64,000 bases of DNA from Marsupella aquatica (Eukaryota > Plantae > Marchantiophyta). Both the position numbers and the translations under genes were made by a program. The notes under the pieces are model-generated. The model was not told the DNA's origin. It saw nothing but the letters and a program-made list of their open reading frames with translations, and did not search any database. Every line of letters starts with the position of its first letter. The first letter of the stretch is position 1. This document shows, one piece after another, positions 9,701-22,301 of this stretch. The DNA lies in contig OZ316892.1 of the NCBI GenBank assembly GCA_973895155.1, positions 293,746 through 357,745 on the forward strand, written 5' to 3'.

Positions 9701-11417
9701 CGATTTCTTTTCTTTCTCCAGTAGTTTCAGCAGACTCTGCATGCCTGGTTGCTGCATCGGCAAGTCTTCCTTCCTGGGCCTAAACACCTGCTCGATCGTA
9801 GGACTAACAGGTGGTGGAGGCTTCTCAGCCAACGGCCTCGGTGTTGGAGCTTCCTCGGGTGCCCTTACCTGCAGGGGAAGTACCGGGGCAAAAGTCTGAC
9901 CTCTGGCATACCGGCACAACAGCGGCATGTGATAGCCAAGCCGCGACACGCTCCCCATGCCGATTACCTGCTGCTCCTCCTTTAAGATCTTCTTCAATTG
10001 GTTGAGGAGGTACCCGTTGTAGTCCCGGCTTGGGTCTGGCCTTTCTGCCAGATAGACCTGTGCCTTGCCGATCTCTGCCCTCGGCAAGTTACAATGCATG
10101 GTCACCCGCAAGAAGTTGATCATCTCTCCTATGTGCGGGTTGGTGCAGGTGTTCCGGAAGAAGCCATTCTTCGTTGATGGCCCGGGGAACGACCGGAACT
10201 CCTTGTCAGGCAAGGTCTTCCTGGTATCAACTTTGGTCTTATTGCCCATCGGCAAGCCAAACACTTCGGCAATTACCTTGGGAGTAAGATAGAAATCCTT
10301 CCCATATATCCTCGTGCAATTGGTCTCGGGTTCCCATGACCCCACGAATTCTAATAGGTCTGACTCCGGTACCTCCGGCTTCAGCCATGGTAATCTTACA
10401 AAGGCCTCCAAGCCGGATCCGGCCATGAAGCCTTGGTACTTCTTGGTCTGCATGGCCGTAAAGCATGCATCCTCCTCCCGTGCAAAATGTAGTTGCACCT
10501 CCACCGGTAGGGTTGCCGCCCAGCCCTTCCAGGTGTCATCCCTGGTTGGAATGGCCTTGATGGGATCGACCTCCTCCTCTTTGGCTTCTCCCTGCCTCCT
10601 GCTCTGCTGCTCGGCTGGCTTCTTTGGTGCCGCCGACCTCATTCTTTTTGCCGGGGTGGCTTCATCGTTGACGGCTCCCTTCCTCTTCATCTCTGCTGCC
10701 GTGGAGGTTTCTCCTAGCACCGTTGCCCGGGTCCACCTTTCCGTGCTACCCTTTAATTCCCAGTGTATGTCGTTGCAGTTCTTGATGGCCTCTCGGATGC
10801 CGACGACGCTGTCTTTGCAAAACAGAAGATCGTCGAGTTGATTGGAAGTAGGCGTCCACAGGAACTCGTCCTTGATGAGTTCGCCTCCTAAGAAAGCCGT
10901 CTTCTGCAGCTCCCACAATCGAGCGAGCTCCTGCCATTCTCGAGCTGCCCTTTCTGACTCCTCGTCCTCGTAAGTCTTGATGTACTCAGTTGCCCGTTCG
11001 AACAGGCATCCCCAGAAATGTGCCGCTTGATTGACGTTGCTCATACCCTCCTTAGGTTGATCGTCGGTATCTACTCTCTCCCCGAGTGCTTGCCTAAGCA
11101 GCTGACAGTAGTTGGCCTCCCGTAGTCGTCTGCCTAGTTCGTGCTCGCAAATGAGCCACCATCTCCTGCAAGCGCTCCTTACCCCTCTCCTCTGCCGGTC
11201 CTTCTGCCCGTTGATCCTTCCTAGCCGCCGACGCTTAACGCGCCCTAACCCTAATCGGGTTTTCACCCTCAGCCTTACCTCCGGCCTCTGCCCGGGTTCC
11301 ATGGTTGCCCCTAATTGTTTATATTTTCCTTGTTTTGTCACTATACTAAGGTGTTCCTAGGGTGCCTTCCTGCTTTACCCACTTAACCGGTCGAGTGATT
11401 CCTGTCTAGGCATCACA
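6761..11417 (-). repeat. 3' LTR of family A copy 1 (4657 bp)
   Basis: TG...CA termini; near-identical to 17642-22301, 47650-52306 and 58531-63194; preceded on the minus strand by the purine-rich AAGTGGGGAG. Confidence 0.95.
7673..11302 (-). CDS. Intact LTR-encoded ~1209-aa protein (basic N-terminus, Athila-ORF/Transposase_32-like middle, long coiled coil, acidic repetitive tail)
   Basis: Uninterrupted ORF entirely within the LTR; ATG in ACCATGG context. The motif GLEAFVRLPW..LLEFVGSW..IYGKDFYLTPKVIAEVFGLP resembles plant retroelement extra-ORF domains (judged by eye). An E/K/Q-rich heptad region follows. Confidence 0.8.
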   Translation of the reverse strand: MEPGQRPEVRLRVKTRLGLGRVKRRRLGRINGQKDRQRRGVRSACRRWWLICEHELGRRLREANYCQLLRQALGERVDTDDQPKEGMSNVNQAAHFWGCLFERATEYIKTYEDEESERAAREWQELARLWELQKTAFLGGELIKDEFLWTPTSNQLDDLLFCKDSVVGIREAIKNCNDIHWELKGSTERWTRATVLGETSTAAEMKRKGAVNDEATPAKRMRSAAPKKPAEQQSRRQGEAKEEEVDPIKAIPTRDDTWKGWAATLPVEVQLHFAREEDACFTAMQTKKYQGFMAGSGLEAFVRLPWLKPEVPESDLLEFVGSWEPETNCTRIYGKDFYLTPKVIAEVFGLPMGNKTKVDTRKTLPDKEFRSFPGPSTKNGFFRNTCTNPHIGEMINFLRVTMHCNLPRAEIGKAQVYLAERPDPSRDYNGYLLNQLKKILKEEQQVIGMGSVSRLGYHMPLLCRYARGQTFAPVLPLQVRAPEEAPTPRPLAEKPPPPVSPTIEQVFRPRKEDLPMQQPGMQSLLKLLEKEKKSASATTTTTATGTMQDTTTEVGLHRLTRENPFAGDKERIRPESKPGVRMYVGTSSSESEAELPEAPTDEEEREKPDVQEVEEAVEDCSHDNSGYGSDHHVPGVRTCGRFVPTLPRVVRGDPNQQSSPESPPPDVAPPSFDGIKQTVQEFQERIKQEEEAALAKEKDLPGGDWPEDIRRLAEKGSKPLATIEEIRRTAWEQRPRWAMPITSTYSTYAKNRAMEYGEMCGELALDIFGEELEVGPFFHREQLEKHQLEEAVALERSKKDEVIRRLRRMGAEIEDLRAAKKAQDELRIKQHELNIMQGQLDAAQADNQNIKDKLTQTQEELADTIKEREKWKQELKNTEEAHITANSRAMAETQRKEWALKGELEKIRGALEQKEVELGKSYQGIMALQQELASLTASFKADLREKDEMLEQTYAKMNQMESVIIAELDKELRATQEERATLKKELEEAHREQEEAKNELEGARKDLDETQEELEEITRKMENLQRRADNQTERLKKQAAVFKCLAAAGPSPVGTNQLPGVVIAEGQAASTAPVPEVSGKGKGPAAEPPTKKKRKPPGSRSNTTSQAVVIKEVDPAPTPDRVTAKDPTTLGEGEAEAEGVAEAEAVGVAEAEAVGIAEAGVEAEAEGGPSQADGELTRSRAGNLSVDGPTAVAEEEVLGASIEDPPPVS

Positions 11418-14400
11418 TAGCTCCCCACTTAATTGTGAAGCGTCCTCGCGAACAACTTCATCTTCGTCCATATAGTATTTCTTGAGGCGGTCATAATGGA
11501 TGCGAACTGGATATACCTCTCCCGTAATGTTGGCCAATTGCACGGAGCCATTGGGGAACATCATGGTTACTCTAAAGGGTCCTAACCAGCGAGTGTAAAG
11601 CTTTCCTGGAAACCTACTATACCTACTGTCATAAAGTAGCACAAGATCACCGGTATGAATACTAACTACTTTTAACCTTTTATCATACTGCTGCTTCATG
11701 ATATTCTGTCTATATTCTACTCTCTCGGCTGAAATCATTCTCGCTTCCTCTAAAGCTTCTAACCTATATTCTCGCTCCTTTAGGCTCTCCTCCGCTGAGG
11801 CTCTTTCCTCAATTGTAACTTGAAATGTCGGTATCTCAAGTTGCATGGGTACTAGGGCTTCTTGTCCAAAGGTTAAGAAGAAGGGTGTATGACCGGTAGT
11901 GGATTTATAGGCCAGATTGTAAGCAAAAAAAACAGCAAACAATTTATCATCCCAATCGAGTTTGTTCTGAGCTACTGTCTTGTTCAATATCTTTCCTATG
12001 ATCCCGTTTGCTCGTTCTGTCAACCCATTTGCCTTTGGATGGTAGGGAGTAGTAGGCCTATGTTTAACTAAATACTGCTCATTTAAACGACTAATTATGT
12101 CATTCAAAAAATGGGTTCCTCTATCACTAACTAATTCTAGGGGTGCTCCATACCTGGTGAAGATCTGCTCATACATGAATCTAGCCGTAGTAATTGCATC
12201 ATCCTTCGTTGTTGGTCTGGCCTCTACCCATTTAGTTGCATAATCCGTAGCCAGGATTATGTACTTGTTCCGTCGAGGGTGGGTCAGTGGTTTCAGAGGT
12301 CCAATGTAATCAATACCCCACTTCTCGAATGGTGCCAGAGGTAGAATAGGGTGCAGTGGATGCCTGGTGGACGCCCTTGGTCCTCCCGCTCGTTGACAAG
12401 GATCGCATTGTTTGATAAACTGATAGACATCTTTGTGCAAGGTGGGCCACCAGTAACCGGCATTTAATATCTTCTTAGATGTGGTTACTGGGGCAAAATG
12501 TCCTCCGGCCTCCTCTCCATGCATGGCCCGTAGGACTTGTTTTACCTCTCTCTTTTCCAAACACCTTTGAATCGTGCCGTTGATTCCATGCTTGTGCAGT
12601 ATGCCTTTAATGCACTGATACTGTCTGACCTTTCGCACAAAGACTGCGGCTTGCTCTCGGCTTAATCCTGGCTGTAATCTGGAAGTGCTGAGAAATTGTA
12701 AAATCTCAGGGTACCATGTACCAGCTATTTCCACAACGAATAGCTCCTCGTCGGGGAATCAATCATCGATGCAATCCGTGGCAGGTTTACCTGTGATCCT
12801 TGAAAAGAAGTCGGCATTGGCATGTAACTTTCCCGGCTTGATCCTCAGCTCATAGTCAAACTCCTGTAATAGCAAAATCCATCTTGCTACTCTGCCTGTA
12901 AGGTCCGGCTTATTGACTAGGTACTTCAAACTTTCATGATCAGTATGAAAGATTACCTTGTACCCTAGTAAATAATGCCTAAACTTTTTACAAGAATAAA
13001 TGACTCCTAATGCTTCTCTTTCCGTGGTAGAGTAGTTCCGTTTGGCATCGGCAAGCTGACGGCTTGCGAAGTATATGGGATGGTCCCTTCCTTTCTCATC
13101 CAACTGACTTAGTACTGAGCCAATACAGAAGCCCGAGACATCTACAAAAACATGAAAATCTTTGTTCCAGTCCGGTGCTATCATGACTGGGGCCTCTACT
13201 AACATCTGCTTCAATTCTACCACCGCTGTGACTCGTTCGGGTGTGGGTTCGAAGTCTGCTCCTGCCTTGAGCATATTGGTTAATGGTAAAGCTAGCTTGG
13301 CAAAATCCTTGATGAACCGGCGATAGTAACCAATGCATCCCAAGAAGGATCTTACATCCTTTATGTTCTTAGGTTGCATGATATCTAGCCATACTACTAG
13401 CTTACCTTTGTCAATCTCAATGCCCTTCCTTGATACCTTGTGACCTAGTAGCACCCCCTCGGTTACTGCAAAAAAACATTTATCTGGGTGTAACTTGAGA
13501 CCCACCTCTCTACATCTCATGAAGGTTTTCCTGAGGTATTTAGCATGTTTCGATGCCTTCCCGAATACTGCAAAGTCATCAATGAAGATTTCCATGAACT
13601 TTCTCAAGTAATCATGAAAAATGTTCACCATTAATCGTTGGAACATAGCTGGTGCGTTGCAGAGTCCAAACGGCATACGATTGAAGACATAGATCCCCCA
13701 TTCCGTGATGAAGGCCGTCTTGATTTGGTCTTCCTGCCGAATCCTGATTTGGTTATAACCAGAGTATCCATCCATGAATGAATATAGTTCATGACTGGCT
13801 ACCATGTCTAGTACCATATCAGTAAACGGTAAAGGAAAATGGTCTTTTAATGTTGCTTCATTCAGCTTCCTGTAATCCTGACAAACCCGGATCTTGGGTT
13901 TACCATCGGGTCCAGCTTTCTTGGGAACTATCACAATTGGAGACACCCAGTCTGAATGCAGGACTGGAGTGATGAATCCAGCTTCCACTAGTTTGTCGAT
14001 TTCTGTTTTGACCAGCAGGGAATACTTCGGGTTCATCCTTCGAATTGGTTGTCGAAATGATTTGGCTCCTAACATGAGATCAATTCGATGTTCCCCTAGT
14101 GTTGGATCTACTCCCTTTAGATCTTGGTGACTCCATGCAAACACATCCTGAAATTCAATCAATAAGTCACTGATCTCTTTCTCGAGCTCAAGTGCTAGGT
14201 TTCTCCCTAAGTTCAGTTCTCTTCCCTCTCCTAAGCCGAGCTTCCGATATTGCCGTGCTTGGATCATATTAATCTGCTTCTTCAAATTCGGGTCCAGTTC
14301 GGCTTCCAGTCTCTCTAATCTCATACCTCCATAAACTGGGATCTCGGCTGGACTAGCCGAGTCGGTCCCTTCCTTGGTGTCCATAGATTGTCCCCTTACC

Positions 14401-14672
14401 GGTCTATTCGGTTTTGAATTAGTGGTCGGCTCCCCTTCCTGCCTTGGCTCTAGATCGTGTCTGTCCATCTCATCCACCTCTTGCTCCTGAGAGTTAGGCC
14501 GCTGTGCTCTCTCGGCTTCTAATAGGGCCTCAATTTGTTCTGCCCTCGTAATCGGCTTGTATGCCGATCCCTTGGTATTTAATTCCTTGCCGATGATCGA
14601 TGGCGTTGTGGACCCCGTCGGCTCTACCACAACGCCTGCAGAAAATCCACTGTCCCTGCTACTGCTCCCCAC
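11406..14672 (-). pseudogene. pol: pol (RT-RNase H-integrase), one in-frame stop at 12759-12761
   Basis: RVCQDYRKLN, FIDD, RNase H DVSG..E..D..D, integrase HHCC zinc finger, D,D35E core (WGIDYIG, SDRG, ERAN), WLGPF. CGA>TGA relative to the intact copy 55276-58542. Confidence 0.93.
14602..14648 (-). promoter_or_regulatory. Putative -1 ribosomal frameshift signal (G GAT TTT + 10-bp stem-loop)
   Basis: Same heptamer and GGCGTTGTGG/CCACAACGCC stem as 55300-55346. Confidence 0.7.
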
Positions 14673-17572
14673 TTAGCCGTTTCATCCAATTGGTCTACAT
14701 CCTTAACTTCCTCCGGAATTGCAGCTAAAAAGGTGGATTCTATTGTAAAGCAGTCCTCGACCTCTTCGTCTTCTTCTTCCAAGTCACCTTCCATTGGTTC
14801 TTGCCATAATCCGCTGGGGGGTACCTCTGGTCCAAAGACACCTTCTTCGGTTAGGTTAGTGAGGCATTCTAACCAACGTACTTCATCGGCTGACTCCAGT
14901 CCACTATCGTACCCATCTACTTCCCTTATGCTTTTCCTACGGTCATCCTTAGTGTCCCAGGATACCGTGATAGAGGGGGTCCCGAAAGTGAACTGCTTTT
15001 TACCCCAATCTTCTATTACCTCGGCTAGGTACAGCCATGGCCTACCAATCAATAGCCGGAATGACGTAGGATTTACCGGCTTCATTACTACATAGTTAAT
15101 GCTAAAGAAGATACCTCCTATCTCTGTCTTGATGCCGGTTAACACTCCCGTCGGAATGACCTGATATCAATTGGCCATGTTCAACACTCTTCCAGTCATC
15201 TCCGGTGTTAGACCCCACCCTTTTGCTGTTGAATCAATCATAATACATACCCCTGATCCTCCATCGATGGGTACCCGTAGTAATAATTCTCCTTGAATCA
15301 TTAATGGTAATGCTGGGGCTCCTTGATCTTCTTCTATCATTAGTACGTCGGATCTGGTTGCTACCTTGGGTAATCTCAGCTTGCCGAGAATAGCCTTCCT
15401 TAATTGCTTCCGGAAGTACGGGCTATTTTTCAATAGTTGACCTACTGTTGCCGAGACTCTAGATTCTAGTACATCTTTAGCCAGGTCATAGGGAACAATC
15501 GGCTTCTCTTCTGGTGGTGTTTCCGTCTTGGATTCGGCCAGTTTTGCCACGCTAGTCTCCACAGTTGTTGGGTCTTCCGAAGCAAACAATGCTTTTGCTC
15601 GTTTTACATCCTTGGCAATGGCTTCGGTATTCTCCAGGGTTTCTAATTCTCTTAGTTGTTCCTTAACACTAGCCGTAACAGAGGGGTAGAACAACTTAGG
15701 ATGATCTCGATTGAAGTCGCTATCTTGTGAAGGATTGGTTTCACTGGTGGGCTCATGGCTTACCTGTATTGCCGGAGCCCTCCCTTCTCCTTCTGTTGAT
15801 GTTGACGAAGAGTCGATCCTTTCCTCCGTAACCTTCCCTTTATTTTTGGCCAGCCCATCCCACCTTTCCTTCCTTCTGGTAGATCGAGTAGAGACCCGGT
15901 AGCAATCATGATCTAAATCCTCCTCTGAGAAGGTTGATAGGGCTTCGGCCTCATCATCAGATGGTACGAACTCTGCCTCGGCATCCTCTTGCCATCCTAG
16001 TTCGATGTGGTTGATTTGAACTCCTCCGGGGGTAGTACCTGGCGGTAAGATCTTGATCGGCAAAAGCTTATGATTTGCGGCCAGGCCTGCCAACCAAGTA
16101 GGACATTGCCCTAGCATATGACCTTCCTGTCGGCATCCCATACATAGTTGAGCTGGTTGTCCATCACCCTGTTTGCGTGCATTCGGGCATTCTCTAGCAA
16201 AATGGCCAGGTTGACCACAATTATAGCACGCCGCAAATCTTTGCACATTCGGCCTAGGAGGTACTGACGGGTTCTGAATAATCCGAGGATACATCTCTCC
16301 TGGATTGTTCCTTAATCCTGACCACAGAGATGCAGGTCTGTTGGATAGGTCTCGTGCTCCAGTCTCACTGATGCCGAAAACACTATCAGCGGCATCTCCC
16401 AAAAAGTACTCTACTTCTCCCTGACATGGTCTGATCTCGGCCACATGCCGAACATGATTAGTATTAAGCTTAGGACACGCATCTTTATGGTGTCCGGTTT
16501 TATAACATAAGGCACACCATACAGAGCTATCCTCCTGTACTACCTTCTTCTTTGGTTTTACCTCTGCAATGATAGCCTTAAGTTGCTCGGTAAGGGCTAC
16601 GATGTTATCTGGTGGCTTAGCCTCCATCTTGACTTTCGTCTTCCCTCTCCTTCTGCCCTTCCTTTTCCTAGTTTTTTCTTCTTCAGAACTAGAAGATGAC
16701 TCACTCTTGCTACTCCCACTATCCGAGCTTGAGTTATCACTTCTTGACTTCTTAGAATGTTTCTTTTTCTTATCGTTTTTCTTATGGGTTGATCCTTCCT
16801 CTGATGAGGAACTCTCAGACTTAAGCTGTTTCTTCCGGCTTGTGATATCTGCATTAATGTATAATTGAATATCCTTAATTGCTTCGGCTAAAGTCTCCGG
16901 GTTCTCCTTCCTAATTGCAAAACTCATCTTCTGTGGCAAAGCATTCACCAACCATTGAAGTTGCATACCTTCAGATGCATTGGTCTTTGTACGTCTTACC
17001 AGTTTCTGAAAGCGTTGCAAGAACTTCCTGAAGGATTTGTTCTCCTTGAACCGAAGTTGTCCCAACTTCAGCACTGCTAGTTCTGAAGTTCCAATGGGTC
17101 GAAACTCCTTAACAAAGAGTGTTTTGAAGATATCCCAGATGGCTTGATCTTCCACATCTAATGCTCTGTACCAAGGCCTAGCCTCACCCTTGAACAGGCC
17201 GGGAAGAATCTGCATCTTGATGGCCGATTCTCCATTTGCTGCAGCGGTTCCCTCGAAATCATCCAACCATTCGTCCGGATCCTCATCTCCTCTCCCATGA
17301 AATGCTTTGTAATGTATGCGCGACCGCTGGCTCAATCTGGTCCCTGGCCTCTCGTCTGGCCGTGCCTCTGGTTCCCCCATGTCGGTTGGAGACTCACTTC
17401 TCCTTACCGACTCTTCTTCTGGTATGTCTTCTTCGACGCCACTTCCAGTTTTGGAGCTACCAGCTCTTTCTGCCCCTCTCAGTCGCTGTGTATCATGCCA
17501 CCCGGCGAGCTGCTGCAGTCGAGCTCTCTCCCGTTGAATCACTCTTTCTTCCCTCGGCGTAAGGTCAGTCAT
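14624..17572 (-). pseudogene. gag: gag-protease, in-frame stop at 15167-15169
   Basis: Retrotrans_gag-like N-terminus, three CCHC knuckles, protease motif IDGGSG; otherwise matches the intact 52376..55369. Confidence 0.92.
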
Positions 17573-17619
17573 TACCTACGCTTCCGTTCTAACTTCATAT
17601 CTCACGGCTTAAGAAATGC

Positions 17620-17637
17620 CCCCTCCATCTAGCGCCA
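17620..17637 (-). promoter_or_regulatory. Primer-binding site, tRNA-Asn type
   Basis: TGGCGCTAGATGGAGGGG lies 4 nt after the LTR end; one mismatch to the complement of the plant tRNA-Asn 3' end as recalled (CCCCTCCTTCTAGCGCCA). Confidence 0.75.
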
Positions 17638-17641
17638 AAAA

Positions 17642-20600
17642 TGTGGTGCGTCCCATAGCTCCCTAAACCCAAGAAACCCCCCAGCTCAAGCCGATTCCCG
17701 CAGGTTTCATGCTTGGCGAGGCCGTTTCTGCGGCTTAGCGGCATGGGACGCTGCTAACCTTCTACTACTACTATTAACATTTTACACACATATACTGGAC
17801 AGATCCTTCATCGGGTCATGAGATACGTAGCCGGCCTAATATAGGCCTTCCCTTGTCTTCCCCTGTCTTCCCCTCCGTCTTGTTAGGTATGTTTGGATTC
17901 CGCCGCCGGAATGATCCCCAATAGGCTTGGTTAAGCCGCTAAGACCTCTCTCAGCTCGACACATCCAACTATCACTCCCCTGCTTACTTTCCTTCCTTCT
18001 GTTGATGTGGGCACTCTTCACACAAGTTAATGCGACACACAAATAGCAAAATGACTCATTCTGACTGAGTCATACCATGCACTTGCCATACAAACAGTAC
18101 ATCTCATACACAAGTTCTGCGAACTAAGCCGTGAGGCCAACTCTATTCAGCTCTTAGGCATGAGGAAACATGAATATACACAAGGGTCACTGTATGACTA
18201 ACCGAGAGCTTCTCGTACTACTTGATCCCAGCCCGGCTGGTGCAAACTAAAAACTTGCTAAAGAAGAGGCCCTGAGCTCCCCGCTGCCCAGGTACTTATC
18301 CTGGTAGTGGATCCGCCATTCTTTGCATCGTAAGCCTAATCTACCTGACAGTAATCTACTTGCCCGAATCTACCTATGTACAGCAAGGCAGGAGCACAAG
18401 TGTTGCTCCTACCAGTGGAACCGCAATCCCACTAAGCTAAGTGTCAGGGCCGCTCCTGGTTCTGATCCTAATCCTAAACGTGGAGATCCGCGCCCGCCCT
18501 GCCCACTCACGCCTCCTCCCTCCACGTCCGCCTTCCCTAAAAGGAACGGCGCCCTTGCACCGTCACGACACCGGTGGTGGATCCTCAATGGACGCCCCCA
18601 ACACTTCCTCCTCAGCCACTGCCGTTGGCCTGCCTACTGACAGATTACCTGCCCTTGACCGAGTCAACTCTCCATCGGCCTGACTGGGTCCACCTTCGGC
18701 TTCAGCCTCGACACCGGCCTCGGCAATACCCACGGCTTCGGCCTCAGCCACTCCCACGGCTTCGGCTTCAGCCACTCCCTCGGCTTCGGCCTCCCCTTCC
18801 CCTAGGGTAGTTGGATCCTTAGCCGTGACCCTGTCTGGGGTTGGTGCTGGGTCTACCTCCTTGATCACCACGGCCTGTGAAGTCGTATTACTCCTTGACC
18901 CTGAAGGTTTCCGCTTCTTCTTCGTTGGTGGCTCGGCAGCTGGTCCCTTCCCCTTCCCACTTACTTTCGGCACTGGTGCAGTTGACGCGGCTTGTCCTTC
19001 GGCAATTACCACCCCTGGTAACTGGTTTGTCCCAACGGGAGATGGACCTGCTGCAGCTAAGCATTTAAATACTGCGGCTTGTTTCTTCAGCCGCTCTGTT
19101 TGGTTGTCGGCCCGCCGCTGTAGGTTCTCCATCTTCCTCGTGATTTCCTCCAACTCCTCTTGGGTTTCATCCAGGTCCTTACGTGCCCCCTCCAGCTCGT
19201 TTTTGGCCTCCTCCTGCTCCCTGTGGGCTTCCTCCAATTCCTTCTTCAAGGTAGCCCTCTCCTCCTGGGTTGCTCTTAGCTCCTTGTCGAGCTCTGCAAT
19301 GATGACAGACTCCATCTGGTTCATCTTGGCGTAAGTCTGTTCGAGCATCTCGTCCTTCTCCCTTAGGTCGGCCTTGAAGCTGGCCGTCAGGGACGCAAGC
19401 TCCTGCTGCAGCGCCATAATCCCTTGATAGGATTTCCCTAACTCGACCTCCTTCTGCTCAAGGGCTTCGCGGATTTTCTCGAGCTCCCCTTTCAACGCCC
19501 ATTCCTTTCTTTGGGTCTCCGCCATGGCCCGGCTGTTGGCTGTTATGTGGGCCTCCTCTGTATTCTTCAGCTCTTGCTTCCACTTCTCCCTCTCTTTGAT
19601 CGTGTCGGCCAACTCTTCCTGCGTCTGAGTCAGTTTATCCTTGATATTCTGATTATCAGCCTGCGCGGCGTCCAACTGCCCCTGCATGATGTTCAGCTCA
19701 TTTCGTTTAATCCGCAGTTCATCTTGGGCTTTCTTGGCCGCCCTTAGATCTTCAATCTCGGCTTCCATCCTCCTAAGCCGCCGAATGACCTCGTCCTTCT
19801 TGCTTCTCTCTAAAGCCACCGCTTCTTCTAATTGGTGCTTCTCCAACTGCTCCCTATGAAAAAAGGGTCCTACCTCCAACTCCTCTCCAAAGATGCCGAG
19901 CGCAAGTTCCCCACACATCTCACCATACTCCATGGCTCTATTCTTAGCGTAGGTGGAGTAAGTAGAAGTGATCGGCATCGCCCATCGTGGCCTCTGCTCC
20001 CACGCCGTCCTGCGGATCTCTTCAATCGTGGCTAGAGGTTTGCTTCCTTTTTCGGCTAGCCGCCTGATGTCCTCCGGCCAATCTCTTCCTGGTAAATCCT
20101 TTTCCTTAGCCAGGGCGGCCTCTTCCTCCTGCTTGATTCGCTCCTGAAATTCCTGCACCGTCTGTTTTATGCCGTCGAAGCTCGGGGGAGCAACATCTGG
20201 TGGGGGAGACTCAGGGCTACTCTGCTGGTTGGGGTCCCCTCGCACTACCCTTGGAAGTGTGGGGACAAACCGGCCACAGGTCCTTACTCCTGGAACGTGA
20301 TGGTCCGACCCATAGCCGGAATTATCATGGCTGTAGTCCTCCACTGCCTCCTCTACCTCTTGGACGTCCGGCTTCTCCCTCTCCTCTTCCTCGGTAGGAG
20401 CTTCAGGCAATTCTGCCTCAGATTCGGAGGTTGAGGTTCCCACGTACATTCGAACACCTGGCTTGGATTCCGGCCTGATTCTCTTCTTGTCTCCAGCAAA
20501 GGGGTTTTCTCTTGTGAGCCGGTGTAGGCCTACCTCTGTAGTAGTGTCCTGCATTGTTGCCGTTGCCGTTGTTGTTGCCGATGCCGATTTCTTTTCTTTC

Positions 20601-22301
20601 TCCAGTAGTTTCAGCAGACTCTGCATGCCTGGTTGCTGCATCGGCAAGTCTTCCTTCCTGGGCCTAAACACCTGCTCGATCGTAGGACTAACAGGTGGTT
20701 GAGGCTTCTCAGCCAACGGCCTCGGCGTTGGAGCTTCCTCGGGTGCCCTTACCTGCAGGGGAAGTACCGGGGCAAAAGTCTGACCTCTGGCATACCGGCA
20801 CAATAGCGGCATGTGATAGCCAAGCTGCGACACGCTTCCCATGCCGATTACCTGCTGCTCCTCCTTTAAGATCTTCTTCAATTGGTTGAGGAGGTACCCG
20901 TTGTAGTCCCGGCTTGGGTCTGGCCTTTCTGCCAGATAGACCTATGCTTTGCCGATCTCTGCCCTCGGCAAGTTACAATGCATGGTCACCCGCAAGAAGT
21001 CGATCATCTCTCCTATGTGCGGGTTGGTGCAGGTGTTCCGGAAGAAGCCATTCTTCGTTGATGGCCCGGGGAACGACCGGAACTCCTTGTCAGGCAAGGT
21101 CTTCCTGGTATCAACTTTGGTCTTATTGCCTATCGACAAGCCAAACACTTCGGCAATTACCTTGGGAGTAAGATAGAAATCCTTCCCATATATCCTCGTG
21201 CAATTGGTCTCGGGTTCCCATGACCCCACGAATTCTAATAGGTCTGACTCCGGTACCTCCGGCTTCAGCCATGGTAATCTTACAAAGGCCTCCAAGCCGG
21301 ATCCGGCCATGAAGCCTTGGTACTTCTTGGTCTGCATGGCCGTAAAGCATGCATCCTCCTCCCGTGCAAAATGTAGTTGCACCTCCACCGGTAGGGTTGC
21401 CGCCCAGCCCTTCCAGGTGTCATCCCTGGTTGGAATGGCCTTGATGGGATCGACCTCCTCCTCTTTGGCTTCTCCCTGCCCCTTGCTCTGCTGCTCGGCT
21501 GGCTTCTTTGGTGCCGCCGACCTCGTTCTTTTTGCCGGGGTGGCTTCATCGTTGACGGCCCCCTTCCTCTTCATCTCTGCTGCCGTGGAGGTTTCTCCTA
21601 GCACCGTTGCCCGGGTCCACCTTTCCGTGCTACCCTTTAATTCCCAGTGTATGTCGTTGCAGTTCTTGATGGCCTCTCGGATGCCGACGACGCTGTCTTT
21701 GCAAAACAGAAGATCGTCGAGTTGATTGGAAGTAGGCGTCCACAGGAACTCGTCCTTGATGAGTTCGCCTCCTAAGAAAGCCGTCTTCTGCAGCTCCCAC
21801 AATCGAGCGAGCTCCTGCCGTTCTCGAGCTGCCCTTTCTGACTCCTCGTCCTCGTAAGTCTTGATGTACTCAGTTGCCCGTTCGAACAGGCATCCCCAGA
21901 AATGTGCCGCTTGATTGACATTGCTCATACCCTCCTTAGGTCGATCGTCGGTATCTACTCTCTCCCCAAGTGCTTGCCTAAGTAGCTGACAGTAGTTGGC
22001 CTCCCGTAGTCGTCTGCCTAGTTCGTGCTCGCAAATGAGCCACCATCTCCTGCAAGCGCTCCTTACCCCTCTCCTCTGCCGGTCCTTCTTCCCGTTGATC
22101 CTTCCTAGCCGCCGACGCTTAACGCGCCCTAACCCTAATCGGGTTTTCACCCTCAGCCTTACCTCCGGCCTCGGCCCGGGTTCCATGGTTGCCCCTAATT
22201 GTTTATATTTTCCTGGTTTTGTCCCTATACTAAGGTGTTCCTAGGGTGCCTTCCTGCTTTACCCACTTAACCGGCCGAGTGATTCCTGTCTAGGCATCAC
22301 A
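17642..22301 (-). repeat. 5' LTR of family A copy 1 (4660 bp)
   Basis: TG...CA termini, adjacent to the PBS. Confidence 0.95.
18563..22186 (-). pseudogene. LTR-encoded protein, broken by a CAG>TAG stop at 20942-20944
   Basis: ORFs 20942..22186 and 18563..20881 are the same-frame halves of the 7673..11302 protein. Confidence 0.88.

Larger units (their letters stand above)
6761..22301 (-). mobile_element. Full-length Ty3/Gypsy (non-chromovirus) LTR retrotransposon, family A copy 1
   Basis: Two ~4.66-kb LTRs (TGTGATGCC...GCACCACA), a PBS, and gag-PR plus RT-RH-INT in Gypsy order. No chromodomain is seen after the GPF motif. Confidence 0.96.

Noticed and set aside
7673-11302. LTR ORF as a retroviral env or a captured SMC/myosin gene
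   Set aside because: No signal peptide, transmembrane segment or ATPase motifs are visible; the coiled-coil similarity is non-specific.
7433-11360. Numerous short antisense and alternative-frame ORFs repeated in each LTR and in gag/pol
   Set aside because: Shadows of the main ORFs; they recur only because the repeats are near-identical.
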